A stretch of DNA of 63,295 bases, taken from positions 132,812 to 196,106 of the forward strand of contig NW_008246094.1 of NCBI RefSeq assembly GCF_000281045.1, given 5' to 3'. This stretch comes from Saprolegnia diclina VS20. Its lineage: Eukaryota. This document shows positions 1-10,074 of the stretch, piece after piece (the first letter of the stretch is position 1; every line of letters begins with the position of its first letter). Both the position numbers and the translations under genes were made by a program. A model generated the notes under the pieces. It was not told the DNA's origin and ran no database searches. It worked only from the letters and a program-made list of their open reading frames with translations.

Positions 1-374
1 GACGTCGACCGGAGCAGCGTCGGCTCAATGTACCGCCCGAGAAGGTGCGTCGAGCTGCCGAGCGTGTTGAACCACTCGACGTTGATGGGCACACCCTTCT
101 TGACGCGGATCGTCGGGCCCGGGTGCGACATATTACGACCGACGACGCCGTAGCCGTAGACAGCAGTCGTCGGGATCCCGTTGCCCCACGCATGGCTATC
201 GACTTGGCCAATGTTCATCTTGAGCGAGCCGCCGGCCGTCATGTCGAGCACCTCGGGCAGCACGAGCGGCGACGCGTAGGCCGTAAAGGCGTAGAGCGCA
301 CCGCCGTACGTCGGGTCGGGCGCGTCCTGCGCAGCGGCGGACGCTACCAATAGGAAAAGGTGGCTCAGTTTCAT
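1..374 (-). CDS. Secreted multicopper oxidase (CotA/bilirubin oxidase/LPR1-like), N-terminal part; runs off the window edge
   Basis: Not in the ORF track because there is no stop. Manual translation from ATG 374: MKLSHLFLLVASAAAQ (signal peptide) ...TAVYGYG..HPGPTIRVKKGVPINVEWFNTL..HLL, typical of cupredoxin domain 1 of CotA-like oxidases. Copper ligands lie outside the window. Confidence 0.75.
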   Translation of the reverse strand, partial: MKLSHLFLLVASAAAQDAPDPTYGGALYAFTAYASPLVLPEVLDMTAGGSLKMNIGQVDSHAWGNGIPTTAVYGYGVVGRNMSHPGPTIRVKKGVPINVEWFNTLGSSTHLLGRYIEPTLLRST

Positions 375-377
375 GGT

Positions 378-395
378 GAAAATTGCACAGTGAGG
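378..395 (-). promoter_or_regulatory. Oomycete INR+FPR core promoter element
   Basis: CCTCACTGTGCAATTTTC on the minus strand, directly upstream of the oxidase ATG; matches the oomycete TCAY...MWTTTNC pattern. Confidence 0.65.
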
Positions 396-1281
396 ACTGT
401 AAAGGATGCTTTTCCCGGGCGATACGCTGGAAAATCGGAACAAATCAGAGTAGCCAATGTGTTGGCTTCAACAGCACGAGTGTTCGAATTAGTGGTGTAA
501 TTCGAAAGATACTTAGTCGTGCCGTCAAGTTTCAAGTTGGCCCACGCATAGTATGCACGAAAAGAGCTCGGAGTTTGTACCCCCGGGTAGCTAGACTCTC
601 ACTAATGGCCGGGGGCTTGGTCGTGCATGGAGTCAAAGCGCGTCAAGGGAGGCAAGAGATCGTCGCTTGTGAGCTGCCAATCTCCGTCCAACAAGTTCAG
701 CGTGATCGCGCCAGTTTCGCGCTGGTATACAAACCGGTTGAACGCTGGCACCCGCTCGACATCTCACGAGCTGGCGCAGCGTGAAGTATCGGGCAGCAAC
801 GGTCGAGTAAACCGTGCTAGGTAGGTAACTACACTGTATTCATTCGCCTCTCTGGGATAGCTGCTCTCTCGGAGGGCTTGACGTCAAGGGCCAGCAATAA
901 TCTGGCAGAAGAGGGCACCGAAAAAAGAACCCTCGACGGAGAACAAATCGATGCAACACTATTGGTGGTGGAGTTGGTCGAATAAAGAACCTCGTTTACC
1001 ATTGGCCCTGTGCACGTGGCGCATTACCTTCGATGCGTTTCCAAATTGGCTCGGGCGACCATAGATGATGCACAAGTAAATATGCACTACTAGTTATTAA
1101 TAACCACTACACCTCGTAAACCTCTACATTTACGTTGATCTCGGCGCCACCGAGCCGTGGGATCCTTGAAATAGCCTCCTCGCTCTTCTGCCCGTCCCGA
1201 ATCCTGACGCTACAAGGTATGAACGGTGTTGGTGCTGACGAGAACATGCGATTGACTGCGTTATATAAATCACAAAAGAGC

Positions 1282-2829
1282 TCACACTGTCGTTACGACG
1301 TCGGGGCTCTGGAGGAGCTGCATCATGTCGGCCGAAGCCTCCAGCGTTTCTGCGAGCTCAAGGACCGTGAGACCGTCCTAGGACCATAGTGAGGACATGC
1401 GCGAGTAGCGTCGCGCCCGTACAAGCGACCGCGCCACGCGATTCGCGCCCTTCTTGATGAGCACGTCGACGACGCCGATGTGGCCAAAGCGGACGGCGTT
1501 AAACAGCGGCGTGCGGTCGTCCTAGGTCCCCATATACAAAAAACAGTGAAGGCCAGAGGAGCCGTTATCATACGACGTCGGTGGCTTCCATGTTGGCGCC
1601 AAACTTTAGGAGGAGCTTGACGGCCTTGACATCGCCCATTTCGGATGCGACCACGAGGGCAGTCTTGAGGTTCTAGCAGTGTAATATAGCAATATGGTTG
1701 GTAGAGACAGAGATGAGAGTCGTAGAAATGTACCGTGTCGGTGGTCTCGGTCTTGGCGTTGGCTTCGAGCAAGCTCTTGAGCGCATTGCTGTGGCCCAAC
1801 TTAACGGCGACAACCAGCGCGCTCGTGCCCGTCTATAATGGCCAGTCCGCAGCCGAAATGACACAGCAATACTAGTACCTCATCCGTCGCATCAGGCTTG
1901 GCCCCGTGCTCCAAGAGGTACTTGAGAACGTGGTAGTGGCCGCCCTTGAGCGCCATGAGCAGCGGTGTGCACCCGTCCTAGGCAGCATAATCCTCACACC
2001 GTACCCACCGACAGGCAACCTACCACACCGACGCAGTCGACCGCGATGCCCTTTTGAACAAGACACTCGACGAACCCGAGTTCGCCAGCGGTTGCAGCAT
2101 GCAGCAGAAACCCTTCCTACGCGTTGCTGCTTCAGCGGCGCTTGATGGTGCAGGCAGAAGAGCGTACTTCGGAGTGGACGCCCTTGGGTGCGGGCTTGCG
2201 CTTCGCAGCGCCGACAAGGAACCCCATTGCGTTGGCATCCGGATGCAAAAGACTCACCTACGCACGTGGCGTCACGGCATGTATGTAGTGGCGGAGCAGC
2301 GGCGTACTGCATCGTGGCTGAGCACCGCGTGGTCGTAACTCGTGGGTTCCGAACTCAAGGCGCCGGTCACATTGTAGCGGTTGCAGAATCGATAGTACCA
2401 GCCCCACGACGCCTGGAACTTGTCCATGGACGGGTACTTCTTGGCGAGAACGAGCGCGCGCTGCTGGATGTGCGATGGCACGAGCGCGACGTTGTTGAGC
2501 CGAAGCGCGCTCACCCACTTGAAGAGCTCGGTCTCAAACTCGACTTTGGCGCGGTCGCCGCCCCGCTTGCGGCCGTTGCGGACGCCTTCGCGGCCCGTGG
2601 CGAAGCGCGAGAGGAAGACATCGCGGTCCTTGTACAGCTTGCGGATGGCTGCGGGCGTGACGCCGTACGCTTCCGCGAGCTGCTTTGTGGGCACCTTGAC
2701 TGCGCTCTCGCTGCTCTGCGCACTCAAGATCGTCTCGAGGATCTCCATGCGCTGCTCGTCCGTGAGCCGCGCGCCCTTGCCGCGCTTCTTCTCGGCTGGC
2801 GCCGCCGCCTCAACCGTCGTCGGCGTCAT
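1282..2829 (-). CDS. HTH + CENP-B-type HTH DNA-binding domain fused to about 5-6 ankyrin repeats (8 exons)
   Basis: Exon 1 has RLTDEQRMEIL..LAEAYGVTPAAIRK and FETELFKWV..IQQRAL..FQASWGWYYRFCNRY. Phase-0 GT-AG introns at 2258-2307, 2117-2167, 1978-2023, 1833-1878, 1673-1733, 1522-1573 and 1378-1422 join it in frame to ankyrin repeats (DGCTPLLMALKGGHYHVLKYLLEHGA; DDRTPLFNAVRFGHIGVVDVLIKKGAN). The 3' end is uncertain. Confidence 0.8.
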
Positions 2830-3381
2830 CTTGCAGTTGACACGGAAACTTTCACGGATGGCACGCATTGTTCAGTTAAGTTTGCTCCCTCTTTGTTTCG
2901 ATACAACGTATTCAGTATTAGAGGGTGGAACGTGGCTAGTTGCACGCCATCTTTGGCACCGTCCGGGCAGCCACCACGTAGCGCGACATGACGCGTCTAT
3001 GCAGCAGACAGCGCTTCTACCAAGCAAGCGATCGACCGATCGTGCGCCAGCAAAGTCGAGCTGCAAACACGCTGTGCGTACTGTCTGCATAGGATGGACG
3101 CACGCAACTTGAGAAATAAATCCAGTGTATACCAAGCAACCAGGGCGTGTCGATGACGTCCCACGGCCTGAATGTACCACGTGGCCGACGGGATCGACGC
3201 CTGCATCGATGGTGCAGGCGACCGGCCTATCGCTGATCGCCGTTCGGCAGCAGGTCGCGACGACAGGTGAATGGCACACGGCCGCGGTTTTTTATAGCCT
3301 TCATTTGCGTGCGTTTAGCCTCGGCGTAGCGTCGTGCCACTCTGACGCGTCCCGTGGCATCCTGTCTTTTTCTCGGTTGCC

Positions 3382-4940
3382 ATGACGCTCTCGGTGGCCA
3401 CCGCGCGCGCCCAGCTCGCCAAGCACACGTCCTCGTCGACCTCGTCGCCCATCGTCGCCATCTGCGGCGGCGGCAACGGCGCCCACGTCGCTGCCGGCTA
3501 CTTGGCCTCCAAGGGCCTCCGCGTCCATGTGCTCACGCGGCAGCCCGAATTGTGGTCGGAATCGATTCGCATCTCGACCAAAGGCAGCAGCTGGCAGGAC
3601 AAGGGCGACATCGTGGGCCGCCTCACACTCGTCACAAGCAACGCGGCGCAGGCGATCCCGACCGCCGACGTCATCTTTGTGGCCGCGCCCGCGAACGCGC
3701 ACCCGGCAATCCTCGAGAAGATCGCGCCGCATGTCAAGGCCGGCGCAGTCCTCGGCGCGCTCTTTGCCCAGGGCGGCTTTGACTGGGCGGCCAAGCGCGC
3801 GCTCGGCGCCACGACCTTGGAGAGCCTGAGCATGCTCTTTGGCCTCCAGAACATTCCGTGGATCTGCAAGGCGACGACGTACGGGAAGGAAGCCAAGATC
3901 ATTGGGCCCAAGAAGTGTCTCTACGTTGCAGCGTACCCTGTCGAGAAGAAGGACGCGGCCGCGCGCCTCATGGAGGACCTCTTTGACATTCCGTGCACGA
4001 CGGTCGCCAACTTTCTCAACTTGACGCTGACGCCGTCCAACCAGATCATCCACCCCGCGCGGTACTACGCCATCTTCCGCGACTGGGACGGCAAGAAGAC
4101 GTACACCAAGGAGCAGCTTGCGCAGCGCAAGGGCCTCACCCTCTGTCCGCCAATGCCACTTCGCACCTTCGTTGACTGAGTTTGTACTGGCTAGACGCCG
4201 ACTTTGACGAATTTTCCGCCGAGCAGCTCTCGATGCTCGACAACGAGCTCCAGCAGGTCAAGCTCGCGCTCCTTCAGGTACACCATTTGCATGACGACGG
4301 TGTGTCACGCATGGACGTAGCGCTTTCCCGCCCTCGACTTGTCGGATGTCCTGCCCATGGACGCCCGCGTCGTCAAGCAGTATGGCGACGACGTCTCGGA
4401 CCGGTGCGTACTTCTCTTCAACTACGTCTCATAACTAACACTGGTGTTGTATGTAGGAGCTCGCTCAAGGCGATCTTCGAGTCCAACTTGGGCTACCAAG
4501 GCTGTGTGACGCCGCTCAACGAGGTGTCGCCGGGCCAGTTCCACCCGGCGGTCGGGTCGCGGTACTCGCCTCATCCCGTTCGATTGACAGATTGATACTT
4601 TTTTTTAGTCTCTTTTGGGAAGACATTCCGTACGGTCTGTGCATTCTCAAAAACATGGCCGAAATGCTCGGCAACTTTCCGACGCCGCGGATTGACTTTA
4701 TGATCCGCTGGCACCAGCAGGTCGTACCCGCTTCGACCCTCGCTTTGGCCAACTTACTGAATTTGCAAATTTTAGTTTATGGGCGTCCAGTTCCTCAACG
4801 AAGACAGCCAGCTCAACCCGCGCGAGATTTGGCGCACGGGCGCCCCCAACAAGTATGGCATCCACGACATTGAGGACCTTGTCGAGACGTCGCTGCCGCG
4901 CGAGATGCAAGGCTACAAGCACCCGCGCTCGCGCATGTAA
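3382..4940 (+). CDS. Opine (octopine/tauropine-type) dehydrogenase, NAD-dependent, multi-exon
   Basis: Rossmann motif ICGGGNGAH; NLTLTPSNQIIHPARYY; spliced SRLFWEDIPYGLCILK..FPTPRIDFMIRWHQ, characteristic of the octopine dehydrogenase family. The last exon ends ..GYKHPRSRM*. Confidence 0.85.
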
Positions 4941-5019
4941 CTTGTTCCGGATTTCTGACGGCAATATATGGCTTTTCTTGCGACTTGGAGGACAATAGTA
5001 CAGAGTTAAGTTAGGACAA

Positions 5020-6240
5020 CTAGGGCGACGACGCGAAGAAGCGCATGCGGCGGTCGATGGCGATCATGCGGCTTCGGCACTCGTCGACGCTGGCTTGGAG
5101 TTGCTGCATGTCGGCTTTCGAGGCTTGGGTCGGGTCCAACGAGAGAAGCGTGAGCTCGGTGCTGAGGCTTTGCATGTCCAGCGTCAGCTGCTGCTTCAGT
5201 TGCTGGAGTTCGCGTAGCGACGCGGCCGGGTCGACCTTCCACGCAACCGGTGACGACGGCGCGCTGGCCGCCCGCAGCTTGGTCGCCGACTGTTTGAGGC
5301 TCTGGCGAAACTGCGCAAAGTCGGCGACGAACGAGGAGCGCTCGAGGTCGCTGCTTGGACACATCGAGTACAAGCTCGTGCTCGGCTCGCTGGACGAGAT
5401 CATGCTCGCGCCAAGGAACGCCGACTCGGACGGGCTCGGTGGTCGAGCGACAAATTCGACACGGCGGTGCACGGGCGTCTCGTCGTCGTCGTCGTCGCAG
5501 TCGTGGAATCGAATGCTACGGTCGATTTTGGGCGTCGTCAGGTCTTCCTCTTCGATGCGGCTCTGGACGAGGTGCACGGCAGCTGTTGACGCCCGAAAGG
5601 TCTGCGGGGACATCGGGCGCTCGGGTCGCATTGGCGACGTACTCGACGACGTCATCGTGACAGGCGGCGCGTGCTGGGGGCTCGGCGTCTCCCGGTCGAG
5701 CATACGCGTGTACGTCTCCATGCGCGGTGCTGTGTGGTCGCTCTCAGACGAGTACGATGCAAACGAGTCGTGGAGGCGGCGGGGCATCGGCGGCTGCAAG
5801 AGCTTCTCACGGGCGTGCACCGAGTGGTCGAGCTGCTGCATGGTTTCGGCAAACTTGAGTTGCACTTGCATGACCTCGGTCAAGAGCGGGCTCAAGTTCT
5901 GTTGCACTTGTCGGTCCTCGAACGACGCTGTCGCTTTGGCGTGGCGGCGCGGGCTCGTCTTCGGGCTAGTTTCAATGACAGCCTCGAGCATGTCTTGCAG
6001 GTGCCGGATCTGGTGCTGGATGTACTTCTCGGCCACGCTGCGCTGCTTGATCTCCCACGCGAGGCGCTGCTCGAGCTCGAGGTTCTGCTCCAGCGCGAGC
6101 CGCAGCTTCATTTCCCAGACGCGGATGTCGGGGCTGTAGACGTCGACGGGCGTCGGCCGCGGGCGCCGGTGCAGCGTGAGCTTCTCCTTCGCGACGCGGA
6201 GCTGCTCCTTGAGCGCGTCCGTCTCGAGCATGGTGGTCAT
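5020..6240 (-). CDS. Hypothetical coiled-coil protein
   Basis: Long ORF with coding-like codon use from MTTMLETDALKEQL; heptad-rich N- and C-terminal regions flank an S/P-rich linker. Confidence 0.6.
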   Translation of the reverse strand: MTTMLETDALKEQLRVAKEKLTLHRRPRPTPVDVYSPDIRVWEMKLRLALEQNLELEQRLAWEIKQRSVAEKYIQHQIRHLQDMLEAVIETSPKTSPRRHAKATASFEDRQVQQNLSPLLTEVMQVQLKFAETMQQLDHSVHAREKLLQPPMPRRLHDSFASYSSESDHTAPRMETYTRMLDRETPSPQHAPPVTMTSSSTSPMRPERPMSPQTFRASTAAVHLVQSRIEEEDLTTPKIDRSIRFHDCDDDDDETPVHRRVEFVARPPSPSESAFLGASMISSSEPSTSLYSMCPSSDLERSSFVADFAQFRQSLKQSATKLRAASAPSSPVAWKVDPAASLRELQQLKQQLTLDMQSLSTELTLLSLDPTQASKADMQQLQASVDECRSRMIAIDRRMRFFASSP

Positions 6241-7726
6241 AGCTAGCCGCTCTTTCAGCTTGTGCCAATGCAGCCAGCGGGAAGCGTATCCGGCTTGCCG
6301 CCCAAACAGTGCCCCGTTATCCGGATTGCGTGCACGGTCCATGCGTTTCAAATTCAAAAACTCAAAAAAGCGCGCGCAAAACTCAAATATTGCGCACGTC
6401 TGCGCACTACGACGCAGCGTATCGAACAGACTTCCTACAAAGCAGCTAGGAAATGTCAATGCTGGGCTATAGAGTTGCCGACAAAACACCCTGTAGCCCA
6501 GCTGCCTGTAGCCCATGGTCCAGGCTGGACAGGGCATCGCACTCCTACTCTTGATCACCCAATCACGCATCGCGCCGTCGACGATGATGGGCGGTGACCA
6601 GCTTGACCCGCGCACTGCACTTGGTGATGCCACATGTTGTTGTGCCTTTGCCCAAGTCTCCATGATGCAAGTTGGCGCACGCACACCCAGTAGGGTACTC
6701 TGCGGACGATTCAACATTCAACTGACGTCGAAATGTCTATATCAACATACCTCGTGGACTGCACGTGAAGGTGATTGAGAGACGCAAAGTCCTCGACGCT
6801 CTGCGAACGCCGTGCCGCCTGCATTCAAGTTGAACGGACCATTGCAGCGGGATGGAGACATTCTCCCCAGGTAATGTTGAATGGTGTGGGTCGACGGCGT
6901 CTCGAATCTGGTCAGTGGAACGACGATAACGTGAATGTAAGGGCTGTCAACCAAGGGTATATACACGTGCCATCCAGCATTACGCACGCGTTTCCCGCCT
7001 TTTTGAGATTGCACTGCGTTGGTGGCGGGTGCGATGCCTGTCAAAAGTGCAAACTTGACATTCTTGCGCAGTCGCATCTGGACGTCGAGCGGCTGGTGGT
7101 GTTCGTCGTCGTCCTCGCGTCCCTACGTCTCGTGTCGCAGCAGCGTTGTGTATCTTTGCGGTCGAGCGGCCGTATAAAACACACGTAGAGTGTGCTCCCA
7201 GACCAGTTATGCGTTTGATTGCTCCACATATCCAGTGTCTTTCGGCCACGGTATATATGCGCACGACGCGTAGCCCATGACGGCTAGTCCTATTATTGTC
7301 TAGTTATCATCCTCGCGTGTGGCCGGTCGACCTGCGGCTGCTTCTCCGACCTAAGAAGCCACACCCAGTCACCAAATGTTGAAGTTCAAACCCAAGCAGC
7401 GCGGCCACCACTCATTGTCATTATGGACGCTTTGGCCGCAACGGCGTTCCCGAGGACGCTGCGAGGTTCATATACGACCAAATCTTGGGCGAGCGACAGC
7501 CGAGGAGGATGCCATGGCGGCGCCGAGCCGTGTCCAATCGAATCTGATACGCGACTAACCGGTTTGAAGTTCAAACGCCCCATGCCTCTGGGCGCGGAAG
7601 AGAGCACCGTGATGATTGGCTGCAATAAGCCAATCAAACGCGGCGAATTTCTGACTAAGTTGCGTGTTTTAAAAATTCAAACGCCCAGCTGGACCCCACT
7701 CTTCATTTCTGCAACACGACCAAGCC

Positions 7727-10012
7727 ATGGCCAAGACGGACGCAAAAGAGGTCAAGCCGCGGAAGCGCTCCAAGAAGATTGCGACGACGGTGACCAAGGA
7801 CGCACCCCAGGACGGCGCTGCCAAGAAGCGCACGCCGGTCAAGGGCCCAGCCAAGGTGGCCAAGCCGAGCCCGGCCAAGGCGCCGATCGAGACCATTGTC
7901 ATCGACGGTGACGAGTCCGAGACCCACAAGGACGACGCCGACGCCGAGGCCAAGCCGGCCTTGACGATCGAGCCAGTGGGGGCCACAACGACGAGCGCGC
8001 CGGATTTCCTATCGCCGGTAATCTTGGCAATGGCGCGAAGGGCGCCATGCTGACCTGTCTCTAGGTAAGCAAGCTGCAGCGCGCGCAGGAGATTGCTGCG
8101 AAGGATCAAGAGGCGCGCCTCGAAGCGGCCGAAGCCAAACGTCTTGCCGACTCTCGCCAGCGTGGCGCCAAGCGCAAGGATATGGCCTCGGACGCCGATG
8201 CGCCGGCCCACGCCAAGGTTGCCAAGACAGGCGCGCTCGAGACCGACGTCGAAACGACGACGACGACGACGATTAGCCAGCAGACGACCATCAAGGCTGC
8301 GACACACGCGGTCACGCGGTCCAAGATCGTCTCGGAAAAGAAGGCCAAGATCGTCAAAACCCCCGACGAGTCCGCGACCCAGTACGCATTGCGCGCCGCC
8401 AATATCAACAAGGAAGAGCGCAAGAAGCTCGCCGCAGCCAAAGCTGCGATCGCTGAAGCCGGTCCTGAAGAAGCCGTAGCGGCAGAAACGAACGAGCACA
8501 CGACGACCGAGGCGACGCCAGTCGTTGCCACGAGCCCGGAAGATGTGTACGAGACGCCCGAATTTGTGGCCCGCAGCACCGAAGACCACTTCCGCAGCGT
8601 CTCGTCATCGACGACAACGACGACCTTTCCTGATGTCATGCACGTTGAAGAGCCCGTCGACGACGCCACGTCCAACGCTGCGCCGTCGACCGCGCTCGTC
8701 CGATCTCTGCCTGGCCCGAAGCGCTCGTCGACCGCGCGCGTCATCGCTTACGCCGGCGTCATTGCCGCTGCGGTCGGCGCCGTCGTTCTCGGCGCGACCT
8801 CGGCCTACGTAGAGCAGCTGCCGCACTGCGACGCCAATGCTACGGCTGCGGGTATTCCTTAAGACCATCCCTATATGGTGTAGTAATATATAAATCAACC
8901 TGCTGTAGACCTCCACTGCCGGCCCTGTCCACCGCATGGAGTGTGTCGTGACGGCGCCTTGGTCGACTGCGATCCGTCGTTCATTGCGCTCCGCGGCGAG
9001 TGCCATGAAGCCATGGGCCTCACCCGCGACTCGAGCCTGATGGCGTCGATGCTGACCGAGATCTGGCGCAGCGAGGCCACGTCCGTGTACTGCGAGGCGC
9101 CGCTGGCCACCCGGCTCCAAGCGCTGGACCCTCTCAGCGTGGTGCAGGACCTGGGCCACCCGTCGTCGGTGCCGCTCTCGACCGAAGCCCTGCGTCAACA
9201 GCTCCGCGCCGACCCTGCGTGGTACTGACTGCGATTGGATGAACGTTCTCAAGCTTGTGGTTGTAGGAAGGACATTGGGCCCAAGACGTTCGGTATCGCG
9301 TTTACAAAGGCGCTGACGCGCCTCGGCAAGAAGAGTGACGCAACGTTCGTCGACTTGACCATCGATGACGCGTCGCCATTGTGCCGCGCCACCACGTTTG
9401 TGTTGGAGTACTTTACGGTACGCGTCGCGAGGTGGTCGACACAGTCGGCGTCACTCTACGGTTTCTAGTCGGTCGTCCTCGCGGTGGTGCTCGTGGTGCT
9501 GGCGATCTTTGTGGTTGTCGACAACCAGACGTTTACCCGCGACCAAGAACTGGTACGCCATTCATCGTGCCAAGGGTTCTTGTACTAAGACGTGCCGTCT
9601 AGTTGGCACGCATGCTGGTCGTCGTCGAAGACGAGCTGATGACGCATGCCGCGTCGCGCGTCGACGAGACCGAGGATGCGGGCTACCCGATCCAGTACCT
9701 CCGCGACCACGTCATCGACATCCTCCAGCTCACGCGCGACGAAAAGTACCGCGTCGTCTCAAGCGTGTGGGATCAGCTCGGCGCCGCCGTGCGCACGGAC
9801 CCGCGCATCGTCGAGCGCACGATCACGTACGCCTACTTTCAATGTTTCAATGTATCAAGTCAACCTCACTTCTTGCAACTAGGCGCGCTGCGAACGGCGC
9901 TTCGGTCGTCATATGGGAGTGGGTCGGTGGGGCCAAGGACTTTGATGCGTCCGGCCCGTCGTTCACGCCGTACGACCATGCGACACCGGCGGCATCTGTG
10001 CAGTCGGCGTGA
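7727..10012 (+). CDS. Man1/Src1(Heh1)-like inner nuclear membrane protein (MSC domain), multi-exon
   Basis: Basic low-complexity N-terminus, TM1 (VIAYAGVIAAAVGAVVLG), LPHCD..CPPHGVC..CDPSF..C luminal cysteines, TM2, then YPIQYLRDHVI..VWDQL..VRTDPRI..VIWEW winged-helix tail. Confidence 0.75.
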
Positions 10013-10074
10013 TCGTGCAAAGCATGTAGGTTGAGAATACGGTGTATATAAGGTAGTTGAAAGAAATAGCATGT

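Noticed and set aside
2272..2868. Active pogo/Tc5 DNA transposon
   Set aside because: No DDE domain, TIRs or TA duplication seen; the ORF splices into ankyrin exons instead.
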